Assembly (NCBI GenBank): GCA_964589975.1
Contig: CAZPVH010000005.1
Span: forward strand, 3,612 to 67,611
Length of the DNA stretch: 64,000 bases
From: an uncultured Candidatus Saccharibacteria bacterium
GTDB taxonomy: Bacteria > Patescibacteriota > Minisyncoccia > Phycocordibacterales > CSBR16-119
Direction: 5' to 3'
The notes beneath the pieces were generated by a model that was not told the origin of the DNA, searched no databases, and saw only the letters and a program-made list of their open reading frames with translations. The first letter of the stretch is position 1. Each line of letters begins with the position of its first letter. Made by a program: the position numbers and the translations under genes. Below are positions 1 through 8,693 of the stretch, piece after piece.

Positions 1-1
1 T

Positions 2-138
2 GGGGTTTTCTATCACTTCTTCACGCCAGATGATTTCATAAAAGTGTTGGGGCCAGATTTTAAAATGACAAAATCTGAGACAATTTTTCTACCGAAGCAT
101 AATGAAACTCTACTCATCTCTTTGTTTCGAAAAATGTA
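2..138 (+). CDS. C-terminal fragment of an unidentified gene, truncated by the window edge
   Basis: Open frame from the window edge to TAA at 136-138. A GC-rich intrinsic terminator hairpin follows at 150-180. Confidence 0.3.
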
Positions 139-184
139 ATGCTCAAATGAAAAAGCCCCCGACTTGTCGGGGGCTTTTCTTTCA

Positions 185-859
185 TCAGAATGCACAGGAG
201 ACGGAGAAGACGCTACCAAGGTCTTCGCCTGACCAAGACAATCCTAGGCCGGGCTTCAACTGAAAGACGTCTCTTCGGATCTCATATCTGCTTCCAACGG
301 CCAACCGGTACAACGTGTCATAAGAGAAAAATGGATTCCAGTGTTTCTTGGAAAATCCAATTTCAGCTTTGATATGTTGTGCAGATCTGTCGTCATAGAA
401 AGCGTTGACGAGATATCCTTCTCCATAGAGCATCTCCTTGTAGGCAACCCTGCTGAATGTGTGCAGGGCGAAAGCTAGTTCCGGCTGACCAGAAATGTGA
501 TCTGATTCGGAAGCCACATCACCGAGCTCTTTGCGCTGAACAAGCAGAAATCCGGGTCCACCCTCGACTTCGAACATCACGAATTCAGAGAGAGCAAATC
601 TTCGACCCGGCATTGCACCGAAGGCAAGGAAGTTTTCTTCCTGAAGACCGGATGCTTGTCCGGATAGACGCAAACAGAATTTGCCTTTGGCGCCTGCGTC
701 AATGTCAGTCTCGGCGCTGAAAGAGAAAAAGCCACTAGGGCTTTCTTGTTCGGACTTCATTCCACTCAGTGCCTCGAGCTTGGACAAGTTCTCTTCATCT
801 TGAGATCTCGCAAGCAGTGCCATGAATGCAAAGATGGTTATAAGGTGCAGGCGTAACAT
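185..859 (-). CDS. Secreted hypothetical protein with N-terminal signal peptide and C-terminal aromatic residue, possibly beta-barrel-like
   Basis: ORF-track 224 aa with a hydrophobic signal-like N-terminus (MLRLHLITIFAFMALLA). Alternating amphipathic segments, and the protein ends in ...SCAF. Local GC is higher than the window baseline. Bounded by two copies of the same 27-nt terminator hairpin (150-178 and 936-962). Confidence 0.45.
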   Translation of the reverse strand: MLRLHLITIFAFMALLARSQDEENLSKLEALSGMKSEQESPSGFFSFSAETDIDAGAKGKFCLRLSGQASGLQEENFLAFGAMPGRRFALSEFVMFEVEGGPGFLLVQRKELGDVASESDHISGQPELAFALHTFSRVAYKEMLYGEGYLVNAFYDDRSAQHIKAEIGFSKKHWNPFFSYDTLYRLAVGSRYEIRRDVFQLKPGLGLSWSGEDLGSVFSVSCAF

Positions 860-980
860 TGGTTACAGGTTTTGGTTTTGCCTATACGATACTACAGGGC
901 TAGTGAATTCACCAAACCAATGTGTGAAAAAGGAAAAGCCCCCGACAAGTCGGGGGCTTTTCCAAATCCATACTGCATGC

Positions 981-1862
981 TCAGGCGACCCGTCGCAGCA
1001 GAGCCTTCGGGGAAACCTGTTCCTCCTCCTCATGTTTGAGGAGCGAATTGTTTCCCTTCATGCCCATGATGGTGTCGGCCGTCTCGCCCGCACCTTGCTC
1101 TCGCAGGGTACGCAGGATCCGGTTCAGTACCAAGCGCGACAACTCTTCGTTGTCGTAAAGGTACATCATGTCGGCTTCTTCGGGCTTCTTCGCGATGCGC
1201 TTTGCGAGGGCGAGGAAGAAGTTGTCGAACCGGTGCTCTCCGCGACGATCTTCGAGGATGCCCATGAAGCGTTGGTACATGTCGCTTTGGTTCTTGGCCA
1301 GATGGTTCTTGGCTGTCTTCAGCTCATCGATCATCTTCTCCTCGATGCGCAAGAGGTCCTCACGCATGAGCGACGTCTTGGTACGATTGAGTCCCTCGCG
1401 CATGGTAGCGGTCAGCGGATCATCGCTCGCGTAGAAGGGGTTCGATTTGCGGAACTCCTCCAAGAGGTCGAGCTTCAGCTCGATGTCGAACTTTCCGTTC
1501 CTCGTGTTCATGGCCGGCAGGAGCGCGTGGATGATGTTGCCACCAGCGGTCGCGAACCATGCTTGCATGTGCGCCTTGAATGGCTTGTCGTCCCCGCTGA
1601 CTCGCAGATGGTTGTCATAGTGGGTCCGGATCATGCCCAAGATGGCCGTGATGGTACCATGGATGAGCCCGATACTGTTGTCCTTGGCGAAGTGCTTCAC
1701 CTCGCCGAAGTTCAAGAGATCAACCGGAGCCATGATGTGCTTCGGATGAAGGTTCATGGCCAGTTTGCCGGGCACGGGACGAGGGGTGAACTTTTCTTTG
1801 CCGCTCTGCATGTTGATATGGATTTGGTTGTTAAGGAACGAGTTACCTATATACTCTATCAT
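981..1862 (-). CDS. Hypothetical protein, 293 aa, in a GC-rich patch
   Basis: Protein-like composition, whereas the overlapping 822..2051 plus-strand ORF looks like antisense. A TTGACA-17-TAGAGT/TATATA-like promoter lies immediately upstream on the minus strand (1863-1895). Confidence 0.5.
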   Translation of the reverse strand: MIEYIGNSFLNNQIHINMQSGKEKFTPRPVPGKLAMNLHPKHIMAPVDLLNFGEVKHFAKDNSIGLIHGTITAILGMIRTHYDNHLRVSGDDKPFKAHMQAWFATAGGNIIHALLPAMNTRNGKFDIELKLDLLEEFRKSNPFYASDDPLTATMREGLNRTKTSLMREDLLRIEEKMIDELKTAKNHLAKNQSDMYQRFMGILEDRRGEHRFDNFFLALAKRIAKKPEEADMMYLYDNEELSRLVLNRILRTLREQGAGETADTIMGMKGNNSLLKHEEEEQVSPKALLRRVA

Positions 1863-2150
1863 ACTTATTATATTTTGTCAATAGCAAAAGACCCCCTTGT
1901 GAGGGGCCTTGCTATACTACGTTTTCCGCTAGGCAACGGTGTAAATGAACACGAGTGCCAATGCGAGGAAGGATGCCGTGCCGGCCTTCTTCCAATGTGC
2001 GCGAACTTCTTCGCAGGAATATTTGAGGATCTGCATGTCTTTGGGTGCTAGGTTTATGAATATATACTAGCACAGATAATCTATATTGTCAATAGACACA
2101 AAAGAAGAAGCGCGGACCGTAGTCCGCGCTTCGTTTCCTTCTTGATTCCC

Positions 2151-2540
2151 TCACATCCGGAACAGACTGTCGATCGTGGCTCGGTAGGCCCGAGAGCCCA
2201 CACGGGTTTCGGCTGATACATCACTGTAGTCATGGACCGAGTTTCCCCGAAGCGTCCCCGTTGAGTCGTTCTTGGCATTGGTAACCAAGTAGTACATATT
2301 TGGGGAACGTTTTGCCTCATAGTCCGTAGCGGTCGAACGCACGAAAACCTTGTCGCCCGTTGCCAATGAGTGAGCTTGGGCCCGACCATTGATCCAAAGC
2401 GTACCGCGAGTGCCATCTTCCAAGGTAATAGCAGCATAGTCCTTTTTCGCGACACGATTGCCGCTGGTACTGCCACAGGAGGCGCAGATGAGGGAAAGGA
2501 TGAGAACGAGGAGGGCAACGTAGGAAATGCGCAGTTTCAT
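2151..2540 (-). CDS. Small lipoprotein, hypothetical
   Basis: 129 aa with a signal peptide and a lipobox-like LICASC. Minus-strand TTGACA-17-TATTAT promoter at about 2575-2612 and a terminator hairpin at 2109-2136. Confidence 0.55.
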   Translation of the reverse strand: MKLRISYVALLVLILSLICASCGSTSGNRVAKKDYAAITLEDGTRGTLWINGRAQAHSLATGDKVFVRSTATDYEAKRSPNMYYLVTNAKNDSTGTLRGNSVHDYSDVSAETRVGSRAYRATIDSLFRM

Positions 2541-2651
2541 GATGCTTATGTGTTGAGGGTTTGTGAAGATCAGTGTCTTAATTATATAATAGCATAAATG
2601 GTGTATATTGTCAAGATAGAAAAAGCCTTATAAATAAAGGATAATTGGGGG

Positions 2652-3422
2652 GTGAAAATCATCAGCTGGAATGTAAATGGAATCAGAGCAAACTTTAAAA
2701 AAGGTGCTTTTGCCGAGATTTTTAAATTAAAACCTGACATATTGTGTCTTCAGGAAACGAAGGCCGAGCCATCTCAACTTACACCAGAGATCCTCTCCCC
2801 TGTCGGATACACTTCATATTTCTCCAGCTCAAAAATAAAAAAAGGCTATAGTGGTGTTGCGATCTATACAAAAGAAATTCCAGAAAAAGTGACATTTGGA
2901 ATAGATATGCCGGGTGATGATGACGAAGGTCGTACTGTTACCGCGCACTATAAAGATTTTGTTTTGATTAACTGCTACTTCCCTAATGGTGGCGGTGCGC
3001 CAGAGAGGCTCGGGTACAAACTCGAGTTCTATGATGCATTTTTAAAATACGTAAACAAATTGAAAAAGGCCGGTAAGAAAATAATTTTTACTGGCGACGT
3101 AAACGTCGCGCACACCGAGATAGACATAGCTCGACCAAAAGAAAATGAAACACACGTCGGCTTTCTTCCCGAAGAACGTGCTTGGGTAGATGAAGTTATT
3201 GCTGACGGTTATGTCGACATCTTTAGAAATTTCAATCCGACGAAAAAAGACGTCTACACATACTGGGACCAAAAATCCGCCGCCCGTGAAAGAAATGTAG
3301 GTTGGAGGATAGATTACTTTTTCGCTTCACCAAATATTCTCTCAAAAATAAAATCATTCAAGACTCACGCTGACATCTACGGCTCAGACCACTGCCCGAT
3401 TTCTATCGAAGTAGATTTATAA
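2652..3422 (+). CDS. xth: Exodeoxyribonuclease III / AP endonuclease (Xth family)
   Basis: GTG start. N-terminal WNVNGIRA and QETK motifs and a C-terminal SDHCP motif are typical of ExoIII/APE1 EEP-fold nucleases. Upstream TTGTCA-17-TAAATA promoter. Confidence 0.85.
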   Translation: MKIISWNVNGIRANFKKGAFAEIFKLKPDILCLQETKAEPSQLTPEILSPVGYTSYFSSSKIKKGYSGVAIYTKEIPEKVTFGIDMPGDDDEGRTVTAHYKDFVLINCYFPNGGGAPERLGYKLEFYDAFLKYVNKLKKAGKKIIFTGDVNVAHTEIDIARPKENETHVGFLPEERAWVDEVIADGYVDIFRNFNPTKKDVYTYWDQKSAARERNVGWRIDYFFASPNILSKIKSFKTHADIYGSDHCPISIEVDL

Positions 3423-3549
3423 GAGCAATCACTTCGTTCGTCTCATATATTTCCTTCGCTCACAAAACATAAAAATAATTTTGCGTTATTGCTCGCTCGA
3501 AAATATAAAATTAAAATGAGAAAACCCCGGACTGGTCCGGGGTTTTTCT

Positions 3550-3810
3550 TTAGCGGGGAAATACTTTCTTTTTCCACTTTTCAAATTCATCTACCACACT
3601 TTGACTCATTCCGAGATCTTGGACTGGATCAAAGTTTAGATTACTAAAATCCATTTGGACAGCACAGTCATTTTTATCGCACTGAGGACATCTCTTCTCT
3701 ACACTTGTAATCTCATTGTTTTCGTATTTAGTAAACATCCAACTATCTACATGTCCGGTGTACCCACAACCACCTTTGGAGGGTTTGCAGAGATAGATTC
3801 CTGATTTCAT
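3550..3810 (-). CDS. Small zinc-ribbon protein with acidic tail, paralog 2 (start adjusted to the internal Met MKSGIYL)
   Basis: Shares the pattern C-x-P-K/S-x-GGCG...W-x-F...CPxC...DPV-D-G-QS with the adjacent gene. Two CxxC-type pairs. Confidence 0.5.
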   Translation of the reverse strand: MKSGIYLCKPSKGGCGYTGHVDSWMFTKYENNEITSVEKRCPQCDKNDCAVQMDFSNLNFDPVQDLGMSQSVVDEFEKWKKKVFPR

Positions 3811-3868
3811 TTTTGTGTTGGTTTTTGTGTTCGTTGGAAGAAAGGTTGTAACAAGCAGGTGGTTCTTT

Positions 3869-4153
3869 CTATGCTGGTGACATAGAGGAGCTTTCATCAT
3901 CCCAGTCGTCGTCTGCATTAGATTGACCCAATCCGAAATCTCGAACCGGATCAGGGTTCATCAGCTTAATAGTTTCTTCACCAGCACCACAACTAGGGCA
4001 GGTCATTTCATGTTGTTCGTCTTCGTCACCATCCTCATCTTCCCAAAACATTGAACCCGTAAAGCGCCATTTCCAATCAAGTCCAGCGGCAACTCTTCCA
4101 CATCCGCCAAACTTAGGTGCACATATGAAGATTCTCTGCTTACTGTGACACAT
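3869..4153 (-). CDS. Small zinc-ribbon protein with acidic tail, paralog 1
   Basis: 94 aa, MCHSKQRIFICAPKFGGCG ... CPSCGAG ... DPVRDFGLGQS followed by an Asp-rich tail. Clear tandem paralog of 3550..3810. Confidence 0.5.
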   Translation of the reverse strand: MCHSKQRIFICAPKFGGCGRVAAGLDWKWRFTGSMFWEDEDGDEDEQHEMTCPSCGAGEETIKLMNPDPVRDFGLGQSNADDDWDDESSSMSPA

Positions 4154-4327
4154 GGTTGGTTTGTTTTTAAGGTTCTTTTACCTATATTATGCGTAATAAA
4201 TTAAACTTTGTCATTTTTTATATTTATATGGAGTGATAAATAGCTTTATATATCAAGATATTTTAACGATTTTATAATTGTTGTCAGAATTATTGACAAA
4301 AACTTTATTTTTTATTACACTTTAGAC

Positions 4328-5053
4328 ATGAACGAAGAAAAAGCCTTAAAATACTTCGGGCTTACTAATAAAGAATCCGCTGTATATTTGGCGCTTTTGA
4401 GCTTGGGAAGTTCGAATGTTACCGCTATTTCTACTACGGCAAAGATCAAACGTCCGACAACATATCTCATTTTAGAAGACCTCCGGAAGAAAGAATTGGT
4501 TTTGAAAGTCCCCCACGCGAAAAAGGCTATCTATACCGCCGTCGAACCAGATCATTTCTTCCATTCAAAGCTTGGAGATTTCAAAGAAGCCTTCAATGTC
4601 CTGCCAAAACTGAAAGCTCGATACAAAACCGAAGCAAAAGTTTCGACATCATATTTCGAAGGCGAAGAAGGGATAGAAGATGCGTTGTTTTATAAAAAAG
4701 ATGAATTAAAAGATTCTGAAATCGTCGGATTCTTCGCAAAGGGAACAAAAGTTAGCGAAAAACTTCTAGATGTCTCGCACGAATGGCGCAAAGAGATGAA
4801 GAAGCGAAACGTGACGCTCCGCGGTATCGCTCCAGAACACGAGACGCTCGAATCATTCCGTAAAACCGACAAAGATCTTGACCAAGTTTTCAAAAGCGTC
4901 GGTCTGGATGAATATTCATCAGATGTCTCGATAGAAGCCACGAATTCATTCGTCCGTATCGTCCTATTTGATTCGAAACAGGCAATCATTATTGAAAGTC
5001 CGGCTGTTGTGAAAACCGTTCGTGAAATCTTCGAGATGGTCTGGAAAAAATAA
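4328..5053 (+). CDS. TrmB-family HTH transcriptional regulator, paralog 1 of 4
   Basis: N-terminal winged-helix signature (ESAVYLALLSLG...ISTTAKIKRPTTYLILEDLRKKELV) similar to three other ORFs in the window (11446..12192, 19745..20506, 41379..42101). TTGACA-17-TACACT promoter upstream and a terminator hairpin at 5067-5095. Confidence 0.7.
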   Translation: MNEEKALKYFGLTNKESAVYLALLSLGSSNVTAISTTAKIKRPTTYLILEDLRKKELVLKVPHAKKAIYTAVEPDHFFHSKLGDFKEAFNVLPKLKARYKTEAKVSTSYFEGEEGIEDALFYKKDELKDSEIVGFFAKGTKVSEKLLDVSHEWRKEMKKRNVTLRGIAPEHETLESFRKTDKDLDQVFKSVGLDEYSSDVSIEATNSFVRIVLFDSKQAIIIESPAVVKTVREIFEMVWKK

Positions 5054-5128
5054 ATTAATTGTGAAATGAAAAACCCCGCACAAGGCGGGGTTGGGAATCT
5101 TTAACCATCTCCCTAGGTTCTGTTGGAC

Positions 5129-5377
5129 TCAAACAGTGTTAGCCTCTCGACCAACTTCCTGCTTCGTCTTGTCCGTCATCCTCTTAACGTCTTCATGAAG
5201 TCTTTCTACTTGGTCCTTCATGATCTCGCAGGCGAGCAGGTGGATTTGCTTGCACTCCGGATTGTCGAGGTCCTCGGTGACTTCGGCAAGCGATTTTTTC
5301 ACTTTATCGAAGGCTTCCCGTATCCGCTTTTCCAGGATGGCCTCAACGAACTTAAGGGCGGCTTCTTTCTTTTCCAT
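5129..5377 (-). CDS. Small hypothetical protein, 82 aa (start placed at MEKKEAALKF after the conserved CA-rich leader)
   Basis: ORF preceded by E1 copy A plus the shared CA-rich leader. Charged, helical-looking sequence. Confidence 0.35.
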   Translation of the reverse strand: MEKKEAALKFVEAILEKRIREAFDKVKKSLAEVTEDLDNPECKQIHLLACEIMKDQVERLHEDVKRMTDKTKQEVGREANTV

Positions 5378-5415
5378 GATGGGTCTGGTTTGTTGGTTTT
5401 TGTTTAAAGAACGTT

Positions 5416-5481
5416 CCACTCTTTGAAAACTCGAATCACTTCAAGTTCTCAAAAGTGGAGGCCAGCTGAGCAGGCCTCTTA
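5416..5481 (-). promoter_or_regulatory. E1 module copy A: terminator hairpin + approximately 46-bp imperfect palindrome + CA-rich leader
   Basis: CCACTCTTTGAAAACTCGAATCACTTCAAGTTCTCAAAAGTGGAGG followed by the hairpin GAGGCCAGCTGAGCAGGCCTC. Near-identical to copy B at 6861-6923. Confidence 0.55.
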
Positions 5482-5484
5482 CTT

Positions 5485-6279
5485 CTAGCCAGTGATCTCA
5501 TTGACCATGGCCTTGTGCGTCTCGACGATAAAGGGGTTGTCCTTGTCGTAGAGACCAACCGTGCTCGGCAAGATTGCTCGTGCAATCGTAATGAGCTCTT
5601 TGCGAGACAGATTCTCTGCATCAATAGCAATCAGGGCGAGACGCTCCTTCAAGCTTTTCGATGAAATCCATGCGGCCATCAAGCTTTCAAGCGCAGTCGC
5701 AACATGTTCGGGCATACCACTTGTTACCGGACCCTTCACCGCTACACTCTCAGAAATCTGAAAGTTTACAATGAAGCCGGGGGTGGTAGCTCGTCCACTC
5801 AACTGTTTGTGCTGTACCGCATAACCTCGTGATTCCACCAGAGCATAGAGCTTTGCTTCTTCAGCCTTGTTGTGAACATTCAGCTGGATTCGCAAGTGTC
5901 CCTTTTTGTCGAGACTTGGAAAATATTTCTTGACCCGTGGCTTGCACAAGGTGAGAAAATCATCCAAGTCTGGATTCAGAAAGGAATATGGTACAGCCCA
6001 GATCCGAGAGACCTTCCCGTCTTCGTGAATGTCGAACCTGACGCGAAGAGACCGGAATAATTCTTCCGACGTCGTTTTCTGTAGATCGAAGACCAAACGA
6101 AAACCTTCTTTGATTTGGGTTTGCTCAATGATCTTCGGCTCTACCAAGACTCCCTCTTTCTCAAGGAAACGTCTTTTAAGCTCCGATGCCAAGTTGATCA
6201 AAAGACTCCGGCCAGCGTGACCATGATCGTAAAGACCAAGGCAACCGGCTTTCGGTACAAGTTTTTTATACTGACGCAT
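5485..6279 (-). CDS. Hypothetical protein, 264 aa, driven by E2 copy b
   Basis: Long clean ORF. The start lies about 67 nt downstream of the E2 repeat on the minus strand. No family recognised. Confidence 0.5.
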   Translation of the reverse strand: MRQYKKLVPKAGCLGLYDHGHAGRSLLINLASELKRRFLEKEGVLVEPKIIEQTQIKEGFRLVFDLQKTTSEELFRSLRVRFDIHEDGKVSRIWAVPYSFLNPDLDDFLTLCKPRVKKYFPSLDKKGHLRIQLNVHNKAEEAKLYALVESRGYAVQHKQLSGRATTPGFIVNFQISESVAVKGPVTSGMPEHVATALESLMAAWISSKSLKERLALIAIDAENLSRKELITIARAILPSTVGLYDKDNPFIVETHKAMVNEITG

Positions 6280-6346
6280 GGTTTCTGCTTTTATGTAAAA
6301 GTGCTGACCTACAGACTACCACTTTTGTGGTAATTTGTCAATGTTA

Positions 6347-6408
6347 CCCTAAAGATTCGCGAACTGAATTCGTGAACCTTATAGAGAGGGGAAAGCTTTG
6401 CTTTCCCC
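6347..6408 (-). promoter_or_regulatory. E2 module copy b: hairpin + conserved 42-bp element with two near-palindromic TTCGYGAAC 9-mers
   Basis: CCCTAAAGATTCGCGAACTGAATTCGTGAACCTTATAGAGAG plus the hairpin GGGGAAAGCTTTGCTTTCCCC. TTGACA-17-TAGTCT lies just downstream on the minus strand. Confidence 0.55.
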
Positions 6409-6544
6409 TAGCGAGAGCGTTCGCTGGTGTTTGCCAGCACACAGTCATATTGAGGTTGGATTTCTCCAATACCCCGCTCTCTAAGTGTGCCCAGAAATGA
6501 GCCGATCTCGGCTTTGTGCTCCGGATGGGTCGCCGGCTGCGTCC

Positions 6545-6814
6545 TTACGCGCCTTCGTCGACGCTTACTCGCTCGACTCGGCCATACTTCTCGAGGATAC
6601 GAGACATTTCTGCCACGAATTCCTCAAAAGAAGTGAAGTGATCCTCGACCCACGGATTGCATCCGGCAGTCTTCTGGCATCCCGCCACAAAGGTGTTGAC
6701 CCGAGGCCGATAACCAGCCATCGCAGAAATTTCACACAGCCTATCTACGACTTGGAAATTCTCGTAGGTTTGGACAGCCAGACGAAGCTTCGTGATCTCA
6801 GAAATCATGATCAT
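6545..6814 (-). CDS. Small hypothetical protein, 89 aa (MIMISEITKL...); start placed after the E1-B leader
   Basis: Protein-like tail of the over-long ORF-track entry 6545..7261. The ATG sits directly after the conserved leader CTTTAAAACAAAAC...ACCCAC. Confidence 0.4.
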   Translation of the reverse strand: MIMISEITKLRLAVQTYENFQVVDRLCEISAMAGYRPRVNTFVAGCQKTAGCNPWVEDHFTSFEEFVAEMSRILEKYGRVERVSVDEGA

Positions 6815-6860
6815 GTGGGTTTTAATCTGACCGTTTTGTTTTAAAGAGCTCTGAGTGTTT

Positions 6861-6923
6861 CCACTCTTTGAAAACTCGAATTGCTTCAAGTTCTCAAAAG
6901 TGGAGGCCCGCCGAGCGAGCCTC
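6861..6923 (-). promoter_or_regulatory. E1 module copy B
   Basis: Differs from copy A by 2 nt in the core. The downstream leader on the minus strand, CTTTAAAACAAAACGG..AAAACCCAC-ATG, is conserved. Confidence 0.55.
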
Positions 6924-6938
6924 TCCTTCTTCGTGCAC

Positions 6939-7124
6939 CTAATCACTCTCGTTGCGATCGTTGATCGCATCCTGCATGTCGACCAAGCTGTGCAGCTTGT
7001 CGTCACGGTTGGTCTCGCAGGATCGCGACGAGGCAACCAGCCACTCGTTACGGGACGAACGCTCGTCCGCGCAGGCGAACTGCTCGTCAAAGAAGCTCCC
7101 GCAACAGACTTGTCGGTATACCAT
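6939..7124 (-). CDS. Small Cys-rich hypothetical protein, 61 aa
   Basis: ORF-track entry. The start lies about 40 nt downstream of E2 copy c on the minus strand. Contains CC and C-x-x-x-C. Confidence 0.3.
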   Translation of the reverse strand: MVYRQVCCGSFFDEQFACADERSSRNEWLVASSRSCETNRDDKLHSLVDMQDAINDRNESD

Positions 7125-7164
7125 GGTGGTGGGGGTGTTAGGTGGGTTATGTAAAGGTACAATT

Positions 7165-7235
7165 CCCTAAAGATCCGCGAACTGAATTCGTGAACCTTAT
7201 AGAGAGAAGAATATAGTCGTGAGAAAATATTCTTC
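7165..7235 (-). promoter_or_regulatory. E2 module copy c
   Basis: CCCTAAAGATCCGCGAACTGAATTCGTGAACCTTATAGAGAG (1 mismatch versus copy b) plus the hairpin GAAGAATATAGTCGTGAGAAAATATTCTTC. Confidence 0.55.
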
Positions 7236-7389
7236 TGTCTACATATTTGGCAATATTCCACTAAAGCAAAACAAATTTCTTTGCGTTGCTTAGAATGCGG
7301 TCGAACTTTAATATGGGGGTCGACCTAAATTTCAGCCCCTGAGCCCGTAAAAATTTCTTAAACCGGTACTCTTTTGTTTTTTCCCGCCT

Positions 7390-7683
7390 CTACAGGATCG
7401 GCAGATCCAAGGCTTCTCGGAAGAGCGCCTTGATCTCCTCGTCGGACATCTCCGACTTCGGCTTCGAAAGTCCGACCCAGAGAGTACGTCCGCCTCGCGG
7501 GAAGCGGTCATGCAGGTGGCCGTAGTCAACCTCGAGCTTCTTCACCTTAACCACGCTTCGCACATGATAGATGCGAGCTTGGCACGTCGAGCAGTGTCCC
7601 TGCTCGGCGACCTCGAAGTAGAGGCAGCCTTCATGTTCCAAGATCTCACGGCGAGTCTGCCATCCGGCAAGTGCAACCATCAT
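7390..7683 (-). CDS. Small hypothetical protein, about 97 aa (start at MMVALAGW after a CA-rich leader)
   Basis: The conserved leader TTAAAACAAAAAAACCAAAACCCCCCACACCC runs immediately into ATGATG. The upstream residues of the ORF-track entry are leader translation. Confidence 0.4.
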   Translation of the reverse strand: MMVALAGWQTRREILEHEGCLYFEVAEQGHCSTCQARIYHVRSVVKVKKLEVDYGHLHDRFPRGGRTLWVGLSKPKSEMSDEEIKALFREALDLPIL

Positions 7684-8049
7684 GGGTGTGGGGGGTTTTG
7701 GTTTTTTTGTTTTAAGGAACATTTCTGTTTCGCTCTTTTGAGCTCATCAGCGCGAACATACATTCGCGGACAGACAGGAGGAGACAGTGACGTCTCCTCC
7801 CCAGCGTAGAGAGTGATCATCTCTCTATCGCTGTACCCATTTTTTTCTTGTACATGACGGTACAATTGTCGCTTACGAGATCCGTGTCTCGCTGGGGTGC
7901 GCAACAAGAGCTTTTTCCTTCACGGGTTTTTGGTTGTGATTGCAACCATCTATCCGTCTTTGGGCTGGCGCTCAAGCCCTCGCAGTTTCTTCTAAAGAAC
8001 TTTCCCTTCTTCGTAGGCACTTCACTTCAAACTCAAGCCGATATCGCAC

Positions 8050-8388
8050 TTACTGAACGACACAATGGAGAAAAAGCGTGTCATTCATCCACCTGTGTAC
8101 AGTATCTAGCTCATCAATCAGCCTACTGGGGCCATCCCCGCAATCGGCATAATGGAAATCGGCTGAGCTGAAACGATTGATGTCTGACCCTACTACCTGA
8201 CACGTTTGAAGATAGAGCTGATAGTGCTCCCTCGTAAACGGGAATCCTACCAGATGCTTATTTCGCGTCTGGTCTACAAGACAAGACAACTTGGCAAACA
8301 ATCTTGCGATTGTTGGCGCATTGAAGCCGTTGATCATTGTGTCGGCGTATATTGTCATATCACCGACCTTTAAAGTGACTGCCTCCAT
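8050..8388 (-). CDS. Hypothetical protein, 112 aa, driven by E2 copy a
   Basis: Clean ORF. E2 repeat 36-75 nt upstream on the minus strand. Confidence 0.45.
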   Translation of the reverse strand: MEAVTLKVGDMTIYADTMINGFNAPTIARLFAKLSCLVDQTRNKHLVGFPFTREHYQLYLQTCQVVGSDINRFSSADFHYADCGDGPSRLIDELDTVHRWMNDTLFLHCVVQ

Positions 8389-8423
8389 TTTTGCTTTTTA
8401 ATGTACAAGTAATCGGGCGCAGA

Positions 8424-8491
8424 CCCTAAAGATTAACGAACAGAATTCGTAAACCTTATAAGGGGGAGGAGATGTTACAGCATCTCCTCCC
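8424..8491 (-). promoter_or_regulatory. E2 module copy a (more diverged)
   Basis: CCCTAAAGATTAACGAACAGAATTCGTAAACCTTATAAGGGGG plus the hairpin GGAGGAGATGTTACAGCATCTCCTCC. Abuts the 15-nt motif AAGTAATCGGGCGCAG. Confidence 0.5.
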
Positions 8492-8693
8492 TGCAGACTT
8501 CATCGACCACCCGCCTTCAGGGTGGGTCTGCTCGATCCAACTTTATTCCCCCAACATTACTTTTCGCCTGACTTGTCCGGCGACAAAAAGCAGTCGGGGC
8601 CCAGATAATCTAGCTTTGCTCTTAGGCAGCAAAGTGTCGACTGTCCTTCTTGCGGATTGGAATCCCGCTTGTGCATCGTTTTGGAAAGAACTT

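Noticed and set aside
822-2051. 409-aa plus-strand ORF overlapping the 981..1862 minus-strand gene
   Set aside because: Composition (runs of L/V/H/R/E) is typical of the antisense frame of a GC-rich gene. The minus-strand partner looks protein-like and has its own promoter.
6545-7261. 238-aa minus-strand ORF spanning the E1-B and E2-c repeats
   Set aside because: It reads through two conserved non-coding repeat modules and a PPPPW low-complexity stretch. Only its C-terminal 89 codons (6545..6814), which begin right after the conserved leader, look like a gene.
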